From: Tubulanus polymorphus
Taxonomy: Eukaryota > Animalia > Nemertea
NCBI RefSeq assembly: GCF_964204645.1
Contig: NC_134029.1
Coordinates: forward strand, 6,324,001-6,388,000
DNA: 64,000 nucleotides
Reading direction: 5' to 3'
In this document: one piece after another, positions 46,301 to 60,799 of the stretch
How positions within the stretch are numbered: position 1 is the first letter of the stretch
Layout: every line of letters begins with the position of its first letter
Made by a program: the position numbers and the translations under genes
The notes under the pieces: model-generated
The model's input: only the letters and a program-made list of their open reading frames with translations
What the model was told of the DNA's origin: nothing
Database searches by the model: none

Positions 46301-49300
46301 ACTTACCTTGCCTTTGAGAGCAGAGTCCAGTTGGCTGGAAATGCTATCAATTTCAATGAGGAGGGTATTCTTTTCCTTTTCACCCCTATTAGAAAAAGAC
46401 AATAAAATAAAATCAGGTGTCCGATACCAATGCTAGCTTTTTGAAAATTTTAGAAAATTAAATCTCCATAGAATACTGGTCTGATTTTGAGTTTGACATA
46501 ATGATGAAATATGAAGATTACTTTTTGTACATGTTCCACGTACTTTTGTTTGTATCTCTGAAGAGCTTCGACTTGTTCAGATAATTCATTGATCGTAGCC
46601 TGGTATCGCTTTCTAAGGCTGGTCTCGTTCATTTCCAGTTGCGCATTAGACGCATCCAAGTCTTTCCTCAGTTTGGTTATTTCGATTTCTCTCTTCCTGG
46701 AAAGTTCAATATGTTGTTGCGAAAGTCCTCCGGCCTCATCGAATCGTTCTTGGAGTGTTTCAAATTGAAAGAGATAATCATTGGCGTTCTTTTCCGCCTG
46801 AAATGAATATTCATGATGTTTAGAATGACTTTATCATTTTCGAATAAAAGATTTGTTTGGGGCTGTGGAGTTCATTAGACAGAATATATAATTTATTAAA
46901 ATATTAGATATTGGTGTTGGTAAGGGCACCATGTACCCAGATTTCCAATTTCGATGGTATCGTATCTTCGATGAAATAAAGGATAGCAATACAAAATGTT
47001 TGGAATAAGTTTGAATTTTTGATTTATAAAATCTGAATTTATTCGTAGTTTTTCATTGGATAGAATTATCAATTTCGGATCACCAACTTCCTTGGGGCGG
47101 GTATCGTTCTGTTGGATGAATTACGGAGATACTAACCCTGAGTCTAGCTTCTCTTTCAAATTCCAGCGCATCTTCTAACTCTTTGATCCTAATCTGAAAA
47201 CAAAGTAAAACGAATTCCAATCAATAGAACCAAATCTTTAAGATACGTTCAGATACTATTCGCGAGGTACGGAGCGTATTATTTAACATTCGCCAGTATC
47301 TACGAAACTATTTTTCGCCAACCTCGAATGTGAATGTAAAGGTATAAGGAAGAAAAACTTCAAAAAGACTTAATTCATCCCGACAAACTGAGGATTGTTT
47401 AGATAATACTTGTTTCGGCAAATGTTGCTGTCTGTTTTAGAAATTCCGAGGTTTATATTTTTGAAAGATGGTTTGTAAACCGGGGCATCATCACCATCAC
47501 CTTGATAGAAGAAGCTTGTTTTAACCATACAGCGGTTTAACGAATCCTTCTCGTGCTGGAGAAAGGTGGTTTGAAAACAACAGCAATTTTCTAAATATAC
47601 CCCGTACATTAGAAAGATAGTGCGGTTACTTGAAACATTGATAGTAGCGAATTCGTGTTCATGAAGAAGGGAGTTATGTTGATAGAAGTTATTTAGCAGT
47701 TCAGAGACGGTGAAGATATTTCAGACAGCTGTAGTAATTAACTAATATTTACCATTCATTTCTACTAATGTTATATAGCATAGGCGTAACTGTAGAATCA
47801 TAATACATTATATAATACGAGTCTGTATAAAAGATTCCTTCGATTAGTTGTAAGAGATTCATCTAAAAAATCCTTTTCAAAAGAAATTCTCATCAAAATT
47901 GTTTGGATTTTTTCAATTTCAATCGTTATCAATTAGGCATGTAACCGGTTGCCTATTTAACTAACACTTCTAAGCCTTTAAATATTAATTTAAAAAGAAA
48001 ATGCACAGTTAAACGTAAAACACATTTAGTAATAAGTAAAATCTGAAAAAAAATTAAGGTATTCTAGATGTGTTTTAAATCCCAAAGATAAAACAGAAAA
48101 TGATGTAGCAAATATGCTCGAAATGATAAACGTTTTATTTTTCTATTTCGTTTTGCACGTTGGGTAAATATAGGCCAAGTATAAAAGTGTAAAATGGGAA
48201 AAAAAATTCTCGGAATGAAAACCCTCAAGTGAAGATTTTTATCAGACATCCGCCGCGAAGACGTTTATTGAAGTAGATGTAAATGAGGATAGTCTCGGGA
48301 TGTTGTATGCGTTATCCAAGCTGGCAGGTAAATACAAGTCTCTATTTATACCTCCACATTGAGGGAGGCTCGCGGCTGACTACACACGTCTATAGCCGGC
48401 CATAAAAGGCCGTGGAATTTTCCACGTGGCATGCACCGTTCATCCTCCAGTTAATGTTCTTCTCTACCCCCACTACACCTACACAACGCACAACATTTTG
48501 TTCTTCTGTTAATGTGTTTTTTTTCTTCAAATATATTTATTGTCTTTTTGTATCTTAGATAAACATGGCAGGTAAAGTAGGGAGGCCATGCCAACATTGT
48601 TTTTTCGTGTGTTTGTTCCTCCCGTATATCCCAAATCATATGTACAGCACACGGTTATTTTTTCTTTTTCTACTGAATACGATCGATATGAATTGTTTAA
48701 AAATCGATATTTTACATCAGAGGTTGTATTCGATCGAATGGCATCAATTTGAAAATTGCTAATTTATTACATGAATTTATTACATTGATACAATATGCAA
48801 AATGCCATCAGATTTTCAAAAATTATCGATTTGTATTTCTCGAAGTTTGAATGTGTTAATGATTTAGTACGAATAACTAATTCTTAAAAAAAAAACAACA
48901 TTGATCCTTTTACCTGGGCGATGACTGGATTTTGCTAGAAAAACTGATTCATCGAAAGAAAAACCACAGATGATCAAAATCGTTGATGAACGAACGCTTT
49001 TACATTATAAAAATACATACATGTACACACTTTCGATAACAGATTCAGAAAGTTTCAGTTGTATTTGTATACCCGATTATCTCTGGTGTGAAGGGTAAGT
49101 TTGTGCGGTAACGTGTGCAGGTTGGTTGAAACGATGTTTTATGCACGGTTTCTATTTTAGTACAACCGTGTATCATGCTGGTAACTTGATCAACTGGTGT
49201 ACAACTCTTCCCCTGTGAGGAACTAACTCTACCGTTCACTACAACTTCCAGTCCACCTACAATATATTTATTTCTAACCACCTCATACCCAACAAAAGCA

Positions 49301-51062
49301 TGTAAGTTGGTGAATGGTCAATGATCGCTATTTGATAAACTAGTGTTTTTTTACAGAAACGTAGATCATGACCATTATCAATTCAATCTTAAATGATCAT
49401 GTTTCTAGATTATAAATGAAACGAATTTCGCTTTCCTCAAAGATCTTTGAATTCTTGAAATGGTATTGCGGGAGTGATGGTTGCTTGCCAGAGAAATGTG
49501 TAATGTCTAGTGAAATTCCAAAGACTTAATCATTACGAATCAAATTATGTTAAACGGCGGCAAAAACTATAACATTTATCGTATATTCATTTTCTAATTT
49601 CAAAAGATTTTTTTGAGGAATCGTCAGTAGAATGATTTTCTATGGTAATGTTGTTTAGACTTACATTTTCGATCGAATAAACGTATGGGATCGTTTTTTT
49701 AGATTCGTGTTTTTAAAAACAGGCCAGCCAACCGTCTCCAACCTTAATGTACTCCACGAAATTCACGAAGAATTCTTGCTTTCGTTTGTTAATAAATGTA
49801 ATGCGGTCTGGAAATGGTGGAGCTAATGCAAAAGATACGTGGAAATATACTAAATATAAATCCACAACTGCATCGCATCGGAATGAATCTGGAGGATTGC
49901 TGCAATAAAAACCTCGTCTTGGTATGTCTGAACGAGAGGGTGGCGAAACCAATTAACATTGCCATTGCATAATCTATACATAACCCAAAGTTCGATCACT
50001 CCTAGCGCGTGTTAAGCCTAATAATTTATGTAGTTATGTACATATCTTTATTAAAGTGTCATCTCTTATGTAAAAGAAGCTAGCCTATTATTAGGCTAAC
50101 AAGACACATTGACAAGTTACACAACAAACACGTGACAAACAACTAATTCCAATTTTAAGCGGTGTGGTAAATGGATTGAATTGAATAAGGAATTGCGAAG
50201 TTTCATCGCAGCTGACAGCTAATATAAAATCCGCAAACGCTACTTAAAGTATACTTGTATTTCAAAGTTACGCTACTTATCTATATCTACATTTTTTTAT
50301 GTTTTACAAAATCTACATATTACCCAGGACAAGATTTTCAGGTAATCGGGTATTAATAAATACAGGTGGTTGATATTTTATGTAGGTGCGTAGACGTACG
50401 TGTATTATGAGATAAAATGGCTGTATATATTACCACCTATTCATTGCATAGTGATTTGATTTAAAGCAACGAAATGTAATAAACATTGAAATCTTATAAG
50501 ATCAAGCCTGACGGGTAATTTAACGATAAGTTGAGTTATTAGAAAACCGAAATTCGCTCTCAATTTTTGAAAAAAGCGACTTTTCTTTTAATAACAATCA
50601 CCATAAAGTAGACACAACATCCGTGTTGTTACGATAATATCGAGAGGATGCCACAACAATGATTACGAAAAATAAAGTCCGAAAACATTTCCTTGAGCTA
50701 TTGCAGTTAATTCGCCGTTTCGACGATATTCTAACAGTCATCCTCAGGTATTCTGAATAACATTTTCGGACTTCATTTTTCGTTATTATTGTGGGATTCT
50801 CTTTAAATCTTATTAAAACGAATTTACACAAATTAACTTTAATAAAGCCATTTCTTATTTTGCATAAGTATAATCATATGTATTTGTTTAAATCTATTAT
50901 AACTGAACTCACCTCCAATCTATTTGAAGTGGTTGGGGACATACCCCGGTAAACCTGATAGGATCGTGTGATTTTAACTGCATCGTCGATCCCGGGACCT
51001 CCACTGGTGGAAACCTCACGGATGATGCGAGACGAGCTGCTATGTGAAGTGCTTGTGTCCAT
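43336..51062 (-). CDS. Prm: Paramyosin (thick-filament coiled-coil protein), ~15 coding exons
   Basis: Exon 51062-50913 reads [25 protein letters not shown] and exon ~47193-47137 reads [19 protein letters not shown]. Myosin-tail heptad exons follow ([53 protein letters not shown]), ending [32 protein letters not shown]. There is no motor domain. TAA is at 43338-43336. Confidence 0.95.
48341..48409 (-). promoter_or_regulatory. CArG box plus TATA/MEF2-like site in paramyosin intron 1
   Basis: Perfect CC(A/T)6GG (CCATAAAAGG, 48400-48409) lies about 50 bp upstream, on the minus strand, of TATAAATAG (48350-48342). Confidence 0.45.
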
Positions 51063-52253
51063 GGTTATGTTATATTGCGTTACGTTACAATCACACTAAA
51101 GTCGAAAGGTGCTGTTTTAGGATCCTAATACGCACGCTGCAGCCACCGACCTGAGGAAGACTGGTGTTCGATGCAGCTCAACCAAGCGTATCAACTCGTG
51201 CCTTACGTCACCGACACTAGGAGGCGCTAATCAATAGCCGACCTAGACCGCAATAATGAGGGGAGCAGTTCATATGCAAACTTCAAGCTAATTTTAAATG
51301 TCTGTATGCAAAAATGTTAAGCACAAAAGATACGGAGAGCTTCCACGCACGTATTTACATATGTATATGTACCTGGGTATATCAAGCAGGTGATGTGTTA
51401 TAGATCTGATTATACTGACAGACGGCCTGAAAAATAATCAACGCTCCCTGGATTCACCTCCAACTGGGCTATAACGGGAGAAAACACCCACCAGTTTACT
51501 AAGAATGCAACAGACACTTTCCAACCGTTGCTGTTGTATTAAACTGCGTAATACGGGGGTTATCCATCAAGCTCGTCTCCTAAATTCCTCACCACCAGAC
51601 ACCTACATGTGCGTTGTATATACATTTAGATGAGCTCACCTGAAAACTATAAAAGCGAAAGAAGGAAGTTTTGATAAAAAAAATTTCGCATGTTTCCTAC
51701 ATGAGTTCATCAGAAGTTTCATATTATGTCTAGGATTCATGAAAATAAGTGAAGATATCGCGGGTGAGCCTGAGTACGTAAAGGTAACTGGACCAGAAAA
51801 GTTTCGCCTCGGAAAACATATTGGCAGCTCAGATCAACATGGAAAATGATAGAATAAGCCACATTTTGTACACATTTCCCTTCTATTCGTGTACTATTCT
51901 GTACTATTCCGCCAAAAATTATGAGATGAAATCATCAGGGATTTTTAACGAAATACGCAGTGCACAGTTGTTTAAGGTCGGGTCGTAAACAAGACAAAAT
52001 TGTACAATACATTTTGTTTTCCTCGTGGTACTTGGAAATATTTATGAATCAGTTAAAAATGCATACGTATATATATACTCAAAGAGCTTGAATACATAGA
52101 AATGTTTTGATGGCTTCATTTGCAACTGTCAATAGCATAACATATTGACATATTGCGTGTAGGCTTAACTTAGTTTTTTAAATGTGATTCATCAATTAAC
52201 TATTTTTCCTAATTGTATTAAGTTGTTTATTCTCTTGTTATAGTTATCCGTGT

Positions 52254-52491
52254 CGGGGACGGATCCAGGAATTTAGAATAGGATTTCTCAAAACCTCCCA
52301 GGCCGAACAAACGATATGGTTAATGGAGAATCTGCGCCGTAGGTGCGAAGCCTTTTAGGAAGGTTTGGGGGTCTTCAGCGAGAAGATTTGAAAAAATGGA
52401 TCATGGAACATGAAGAGTGATTCTGAAACAAAATTAAATGAATAAAAACAAAATAAAAATGGGGCCCTGGGCTTCACCTAAATCCACCCCT
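52254..52491. mobile_element. Degenerate hAT-like MITE
   Basis: Ends cggggacggatccagg and cctaaatccacccct resemble CAGGGGCGGAT(C/T)(C/T)AGG-type TIRs. No clean TSD. Confidence 0.4.
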
Positions 52492-55400
52492 TTGTGTTAT
52501 ATGTATCGACGCACGTACTCATGTCCAATATAGCCACGTCTTGAATGGTCGCTGGAATGTTGAAATATTATTGACTGCGGACAGTCGTTTCGTCGTGCTG
52601 CCGCGTTAAGAAAACTCAATCCGTCGTTTACAATTAGAAAATGATTTACGCTTCCCTCAATAGGTGCGATCGTGTTTAAAAGCAATACCTCCTGAAACAT
52701 AAATCATTGTTTGAAGTCATCAGAAAGAACATTTTTTGCGCATCCACGTCTGGTGAAATGTTTATTCATAGCTCGGCGGGTTTTTTATAACAGTCGAGGC
52801 ATTTCATAGAAGAAACGAATATATCGCCGTATAACGATATTTTCATTATATGATAGGTTCTTAATTTTTGTTTATAGATATCAACATTTTTTGCATCATA
52901 TATATGATGATTTACATATTTTATGTTGACCGCGCTAAAACGCAGTGGAGAGCGGTATACAAATAAATGTTATCATCATTATTTTATCATGATAATATAG
53001 AACTTATGTATGATAGAGTATTGAATTTCAAAGATTGTCAAATCAAATGACAGTGTACTGAATAATTTGCTGGATAGTGATTTCAGATTGTCCCGAAATG
53101 TGGCCGATGAAATGTGGTCTACTTCCAGCGCTAATGTAGCCATCGCTATCTGAAAGAAACCATCCACGGTAATTTGCATTCTTTTGAAATATAGCTCTAC
53201 TTTAATTTTTTTCCATGTTCTCTGAGTAACTTAGATTCCACAGTTTCGCAATAGATCTTTTTCGTTTTTCCCTTCTCCTAGCATCTTGTAACTCAATTCC
53301 AGTTTTAATATAGACCATAACTCGTTTTTTAATTTTATGGTCCATGTAACATAAATCGTATACTGTACTGTGTTGTTTAAACTAAATATTCCCCCACACC
53401 GAGTGCAGGTGTTTTCGATTTACAGAACAAAGCGGTGCTGATGCAAAGACGACGAGTACTGATGCTACAGGTATCATAGTTTCCAAAGTCTGATATTATC
53501 ATCTTAGTTGGAGTCAATTGTTTCTAGCCGCAGAAAATATTCGACTGTAAACGAATTGTAATATGCTTCATGTAATGTGATCCTGACGTCTATTTTCAGA
53601 ATAATTTTTAGTTGAATAAACGCCGCCGCGGTATCGCCTGTGGAGCTTTCACGAGAATTTGTCGGCAACATAATAATGTATTTGTATACAATATATAACC
53701 GTGGCAAATGACATGAAACTGAATCTATCCAAATATTTTCGATGCACCCTAAATCAATTATTATTGATAATAAGAAATACGTGCTAGCATATCAGTACAT
53801 ATTGACATATCTAGATGAAATATAGCTTCATTCGATAAAGCTTATTAAGTCTTGGCGTTGACACACTTATCAAATATCATCTAATTCTGTATTCATTAAT
53901 TGTAAGGCCGTATTAAGAAATTAATTAGCTCGGAAGCTCATCTACGTATTATATGTTGATACCGAAGGTAAAATAAACGAAGCATGAAAAATGTTGATAA
54001 GTTGATGAACCCACAGTTTGAAAATGGCTGATAGAATTCGGTTGAAACGTAAAACTATCGCTTAGTTTTTTTCTTCTTCTTACTGTGGGTTTAACAACGT
54101 ATTGACATTAGACAGCCACTTGGAAACCAAAAGGAAACATGTTGTTTATAACGTACAGTGAACTCGGTCTTGACTTGTTTCGGTTGAAGTGGTATAATAA
54201 GTCATATGACGAGTTATTATTTGGGAATCTGAAAAGGATTTCAGAATTCAATTGTAAACCTTTTTAAGCGGTTAGCCGATGATGGGTTAGGAGATACCGG
54301 TTCGGATTTTTTGCCCCGAGTAAGAGACTCTAGAGCAAAATGATTAATCTCTTTCATTTCCTGGATGTTACTCTTGGATTTCCTGGAGTTGGCCATTAAA
54401 ATACAGGCACATGATTTTCACGCCGAAAGCCCGAAGCTTCCGGTGTCGTCCGTTCATCAGCTTTCTGTCAAATGTTGTCTGTGATTTTTAAATCTTTTTG
54501 TAACCTGCAACTGACGTTGCAAATTGTTAAGAAGAAAATTACTTTTCTAATTTACATAAAATTTACAAACATGATATTATACTACACAAATTAAACCGAG
54601 TTTCAGAAAGAGAGGCATATGAACTGCAGAATGAGGGGCAATTAGAAATAAAATCTGGAGGCACGGCGGACGGATCAAGTCCGTATACCCTAAACTTCCA
54701 GATTTGATGATATAATGTGATATGATTTATTTTCGTAGAAAGTCTTTACACAATTAATGAATAAACAATATACATTAAAAATGTAATAATGTTAGATGAA
54801 GGACTGCTTTGAAGCAACAGGTAGCTTGTACGAGAACGTACTTCATTCAGCAAGGGGAAAGGCCTAGTTTCATGGCGGCCCAACAAAAGGGCGGCCCTGA
54901 AGTTTACTGTTTGCCTTGTATTGTCTTACCCGTGTGCGAAAGGGCCTGCCGTACGCCACTGGGCTGATACTTTGGGAAGGGATCTTTACCATATGGATAT
55001 CTTCGATCTGTTGATTGTCATGCAATCGATAGCTGTCTTAGTCTAATCAGTCCTCATTCATAGATGGAAAATGTTTTTTCTGTTTAGGAAAATATCCCCT
55101 GGTTTTAAGCCATGACCGATGGAAAACCCCGGAGATAAATAGAAATAGAAATCGAAGAAAAATAATTTCTTCTATGTTACAAACTCGGAGTTGAATCAAT
55201 TACTTTGAATCCAAAAAGTTAGAAAACATTTATCGAAATTACTTCACTCCGAGTGACCAACTCGCAGTAAAATACAAAAATATTGTTCCAAAAAACGAAA
55301 ACCAAAAAATAATGTCACCAGTACGCTTTCGTACAGATTGGAAAATATCTATTTCGATCTCGTCAAAGTCGCCTCTGGCAGTCGACTAAAGGCAATGATC

Positions 55401-57504
55401 GAAATGGCATCGTCACAAATAATAGCAGACCGGTGTGATATCGATGTTATATCTTTATTACCTTCTTACGACAGAACCATCTATCAATAGTTAGATTCAT
55501 ATTAACGTTGAACGATAAAGACAGTTTGTAAATACGTTTCGATGGGGTTTGCGCGCAGTTGTAAATCGGGTATTGACATTCATTATTCAAGGATTATAAT
55601 TACGTCTACGTAAATCAAAACGTTAGGATAAATCGAAGACGACGATTCTACAACACCAGATCCCGGCAAGCGATGTTTAGTTATATTTTGACATGTGTTC
55701 GTGGCGTTTGAATGAGAGGTTGTCACGATGATGTGTAGACGCCCTGTTGTCGAAAATTCATCAGGTTATTTTCCGTCATTCATTTGTCGTACACGCGCTG
55801 GGATATAGTTGTTTCAAAAGTATCCCGTAGATTATAGGGATTTACGTATCAAATGTGCGCGGATTACCAAGTCGAAATGAAATGAATCGGAAAGAAAGAT
55901 GACCGAACGACCGGCGTCAGTGCGGAGTCAGACTGGCCGCGATTTCATGAGAAGAAATTACCAACGAGACTTTAGTTTGGATGACGATTTTTACAGGCAA
56001 TACAAGGTATGAATCATATACGGAGGCTTTTGACCGGTGGTGGTACCGAGCTCCTAGATCATTAGCGATTTTTCATTAGTCAACCAACCTGACTGTTTAG
56101 TTGGTTCTATTGAATATGATTATCGAAACAGAATATTTGTACCTGTTTCTTATTTCATTTCCGAAGACCTTGGAATCAGACACGCCTTAACATAAATAGT
56201 TACGCAACATACTGTCCAGTCGTTAGTTTCGCGCCAAACCATCGCGATGAATTGCGAATACCAGCTGCGAATACAACTATATATACATATACACATATAT
56301 TGTATATATGATAATATTTTCATTGATATATTGTATTGGGCCTATTGTACGTGAAAACTTATTAGAACAGTAATTGCCTTTACAGAGTACTTAAGATACT
56401 GGAAATAATTATCTCGGGTATCCTTGGTGATAGGAGTTTGTCCACCGATGAAGTCTAATGACGTGCAGTGTCATGGCAGAACATAATAATATCATCATAT
56501 ATAAGCTTACATGTGTTTTTGTATATAGGTGCGTAGAATGAAATCGATGTTATACCAGCGGCAATATAATTGTTTGATCTGCTAAAAGGTTGCACAGTTT
56601 TTCAGGTAGCAAACAGCACGACATGCGCGATCGAGAAAATGGCAACAAAATTAGTTCAAAATATTGTCGGTAGACAAACATCCGCCTACTCCTATCGTTG
56701 CAAACTAAGTAATTGCAATCAAATTAGTGTCTGTCCTTCGTAATGGCCCCGTCCCATGAACATCAATAACAACAACAAATATCTTCATGACGATTGTTTT
56801 AAAACCTTTTCAATATAAGTCTTAATGAAATGCAGTCGTTACTTTGAGGAAGTGATCCAAGTATGTTCTACTGCATCATTCACCAGCGTCTGATGTACCA
56901 CAGGTGGTTTAGGCTTACCAGTCTTGCGTAGTGACGCTCAAGGACTGGGTGAATACTGCCAGTGACGTCATCCGTTACGATATCCGGGCCGCATTGGCCG
57001 CTTTTTGTACCCATAGAAATTGAGATTACCGTGATTAGAAAATTAGTCTTGTCAGAATGAAGAAAATCATTCTTACGAAAGTGACTCTGTAATTAACGCT
57101 TGATTATACTTGTCGTCAGGAATTTCCTCTTCGGTGCAATATTCTGCATAGTGTTCGGAGCGACGAACTTCGGCACTTTCCTAATTAGAACTGTCAACGG
57201 CGCCGTATATGATAATGCAACGTGTCGACGCTTCCTATTTATTCCCGAAGTACTCGAATTCATTAACGCTCATGACGACATGTCAGGCAACGTTTTAATA
57301 TAAATTCACGCACCTACTGGAAAATAGTCACTGATATACAATTTATGGTCGTTGCGACGATGTCCATTAACGCTGCAAATTTAACTTTCTATATTTATTT
57401 ATTTTCACATAAAATCACGCGAAACATCAGGAATACAGATGGTGTAGTTATTTCGATCGGGACATTTTTTTAATTCAATAGATTTTACGTATATCCGACG
57501 CAGC

Positions 57505-57701
57505 ATGGTAAGTTTCTAAGAGAAATATTCCCCACATCCCTTTCCCAAAAATATTCTAACCTATATCTTTAAAACGTATCTCGATAATGGATCTGATTTA
57601 GAATACGTTCATTTGTTTTAATTTCAGTATGGGTTTATCCATTGCGCATTAGCCGACCTTGTCATCAAGCAATTTGGCGAAGAGAAATGGCGAGCGATTA
57701 T
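57505..57701 (+). CDS. 5' exons of a soluble guanylate cyclase beta-like (H-NOX domain) gene; partial
   Basis: ATG|GTAAG at 57505-57507, then a 74-nt exon 57628-57701 giving M-YGFIHCALADLVIKQFGEEKWRAI. This matches the H-NOX start 'MYGF....L..LV...FGEE.W..I' and the ATG-only first exon / 74-nt second exon layout of sGC beta genes. No third exon was found before 64000. Confidence 0.85.
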
Positions 57702-60100
57702 GTAAGTAACGATATGTATATTCGTTTTTGAAAGTTTGAGAAAAATTTAGGAACTGGACGATACACATTAGAAATTACTTTTTACCAGCGAAGTCTATTT
57801 CTTTTTGGGAATTCGAAATATATATTGCATTACAAACCTCGGAAAGAATTACCGAGGTATGAAATATACTAGAAAAATTAATTTTACGTTTAAACCAATT
57901 TTCAAATCGTATATCTTCGTTCGCACGAGGAAAGAAAATCCCTTCTCTCCCCATGGGGGTTAAACACAATAAACCCCAGTGTGGCAGCACCGTAATCAAT
58001 TAATTAGCTTATGCGTCTGAAATCAAAGCTATGTTCGCTTTAATGTTAATCGAATTAAAATCTAGGGATTATAAAGTTTGTAGGCTATTTTGAGGACAAT
58101 TTATGATTATCATGAGAGCAACAGGGAAATCATTCAGAAAGAATATTTTTGAAAAAAAAGTTTATATTTACTTCGTGCTCTATATTATGGTCATTTGGTA
58201 CTATAAGCAACGCGCATTGAAGGCCAGACAAGGAAGATAGAGATCGTCCAATCCAAAAGAGCTGTCTATTCAGGTTTCTCTGCCTCCCCCCCCCCCCCAA
58301 AAAAAGAAAATTGGAATTAAAATGCTAGGTACAGCCCTCTGTGCCGCTGATCGAATATTTTATTGTTACTACGGACGACTATTGAGCAACCCGATTTTTG
58401 TAGAATCGTTTGATGTTATATTTCGACATTGGCAGATTATAAATGCAATCAAGGACGCCGATTTCTCCAATGATATTCTAGATGTTGGAATAAGTTCGAC
58501 GATAGATGGCAAACACCGCGTGTACGTATAGCATCGAGCCAAATTGTTACATGGACGAATAACAGTAACAAAATTCGCTTTTCTACTTTTCAAGAACATT
58601 TTGAATTTAATCGGGCTTACTGAACGGCACTGAACTTGAGATGTTAGCTTTTTAGATCTTATTCATTGGGCTATCTTAACTATCAACTGTGCCAATAAAA
58701 AAATCAGCACCGAGAATTGACACGAATACGGGGGAATTCCCAGATGAATCTCTTGATAGATAACAAAACACAATTTCGACGTTAAACGCATCACGGAAAT
58801 AAATCTCATTTATGATTATCATAAAATCGTTAGTAATATAAATCATATCACCATTAAGTACCGTACATCGATTCTATGACTTATGTATATACTAGTAGTC
58901 ACATCTAAGTAAATAAATACCTATTTCTACATTTATTTAAATTCAAACTCCTTGTAGGCCTATATTTTTTTCAAAAAAAAAAGTAAGATAGATCTTTATC
59001 TCGACGAAGACTTTTCCCAGCTGTTACAGTCATAGTCAGTGTATACACAGGCGACACACCACCGTCTGGCTTTTTTTTATTATTCTATCTTCAGAGACAT
59101 TTCGAGGGCTCGTATACACCGTCCATCAATCATTATATATTATCAATGAAGTTATTATATATATAAATTATTAATACGATCGACGGTAAGGGCTATTACT
59201 CGTCGATATCAAAACGTTAAATGTTTGCCTACGATATATAAAATGCACATGCGACGTAACGAGATTTTGTAGTGGAACTGTACATTTCAAAGAAAACATC
59301 TGCTTGTTAAACTGTTTGTACACTTTTGAATTCGTTTGTACTCCATAATTCTGGATTTTTCCACGAATGCTCGAGTCTCGCTGCGGAACTCTTGACTGTT
59401 TTTCAATTCCGCATTACCATGAAAACTAAAATTGAGGTAAGTAAAGTTTGTTTCCTGGCTGAAATTCTAGTTTTCAGGAGAAAATCAAATAATCTATATG
59501 AGCGTTTACTGGCGAAACACTTTTTCTTAAAACTACATTATGTTAACAGAGCCTTATTCAAAATATGTATATCTGATTTTTTTCTATACTATTTATATTA
59601 CACGTTTATTAGTACTCGAGCTAAAAATTAATAAGTGGCTTTGGATGTCAATGAGTTGATTTTCTATCGGCATGAATATTCTTCTATGCCTATCTTTTCA
59701 CCCACCCAGTTCGGAACCTGTGCATAAAGTCGATAGTTCCTCAGTCGCGATTTATTCAGTCAGATTATTTTTGATCAGTAAATGGAAAGATCTGTATACT
59801 CGAACGCTGCAGGGGTGCAGATGGGGCGTATTGATTGGTTATTGATTATCGATCGATCGGGTAAAATCTGTCTAGTAAATGGATCGACGTCTGCAGACTC
59901 TTTACCTGCTGACAGAACGTCGGTTGCTATGACCAACATCCACGGAACGCTTCACCGTTAATGAGTGGATATTCTTACCCCGCGACCTCCACAGTGGCTG
60001 ATGGTAGTTACTGGACGCTCCATTTTCAATCACCGCCGATTTAAGTCAGCGATTCGGCAGTGAGGACGGTCCGTAATGCTACTGTGGCATGTGGTGATCC

Positions 60101-60319
60101 GTAAGGTCCGCTAGTGTGCAATACGCCACTAACGCTGGCCTCTCCAATTCAACTAAAATCATCCATAATTCTCAATAAGATAATCGGCGAATATATATTG
60201 CGCTAGTGGTTCGCTAGTAAGGTTCGCTAGTGTGCAATACGCCACTAACGCTGGCTTCTCCAATTCAACTAAAATCATCCATAATTCTTAATAAGATAAT
60301 CGGCGAATATATATTGCGC
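60101..60319. repeat. ~116-bp tandem duplication
   Basis: gtaaggt(c/t)cgctagtgtgcaatacgccac...atatatattgcgc occurs twice with about 3 mismatches. Confidence 0.9.
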
Positions 60320-60799
60320 CATATGTGAGATCAATCCAAGTTTACCTAGAGATGTGATAGATAATTCTTTGATATGAGCGGCTTGAAAAATGAGTATCTA
60401 TTCTGATAAAGTACGTCATACATCTAAGCTGCACCATCTCGTGGGATAGTTGGTGCGCTGAGAAATGCTAATTTCGACGATGCTCGAAAATTTACGTAAA
60501 GCATAATTCGACATTAGGTACATCACTGTATAGCGGATTTAAAGCCCAGTCATGTTAACGAACTTTGAAATAATTCTACGATTGTATCACGGAGATCTGT
60601 TGAAATAACGACTGTTCGTTTATCAAATTTGGACTGCTGGTTTTGATTAGTGAAATCGTGTGTTCATTGTTCCGATATAGTGAATCCGCCGCACGATGCA
60701 CGCTCCTCTGGGACGAATTACAAATTGAAGTGAAATTAAAATAGATCTGGCGATAAAACCGTGTTAACTTTGAAGCTATAATTCAACATTAGATGGATC

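Noticed and set aside
43336-47193. Myosin heavy chain rod
   Set aside because: A short Ser-rich first exon with ATG precedes the coiled coil and no motor-domain exons exist. The termini match paramyosin.
47370-47609. Possible alternative paramyosin exon ([14 protein letters not shown]..)
   Set aside because: It ends in a stop, with no convincing in-phase donor to the next exon and no recognisable similarity.
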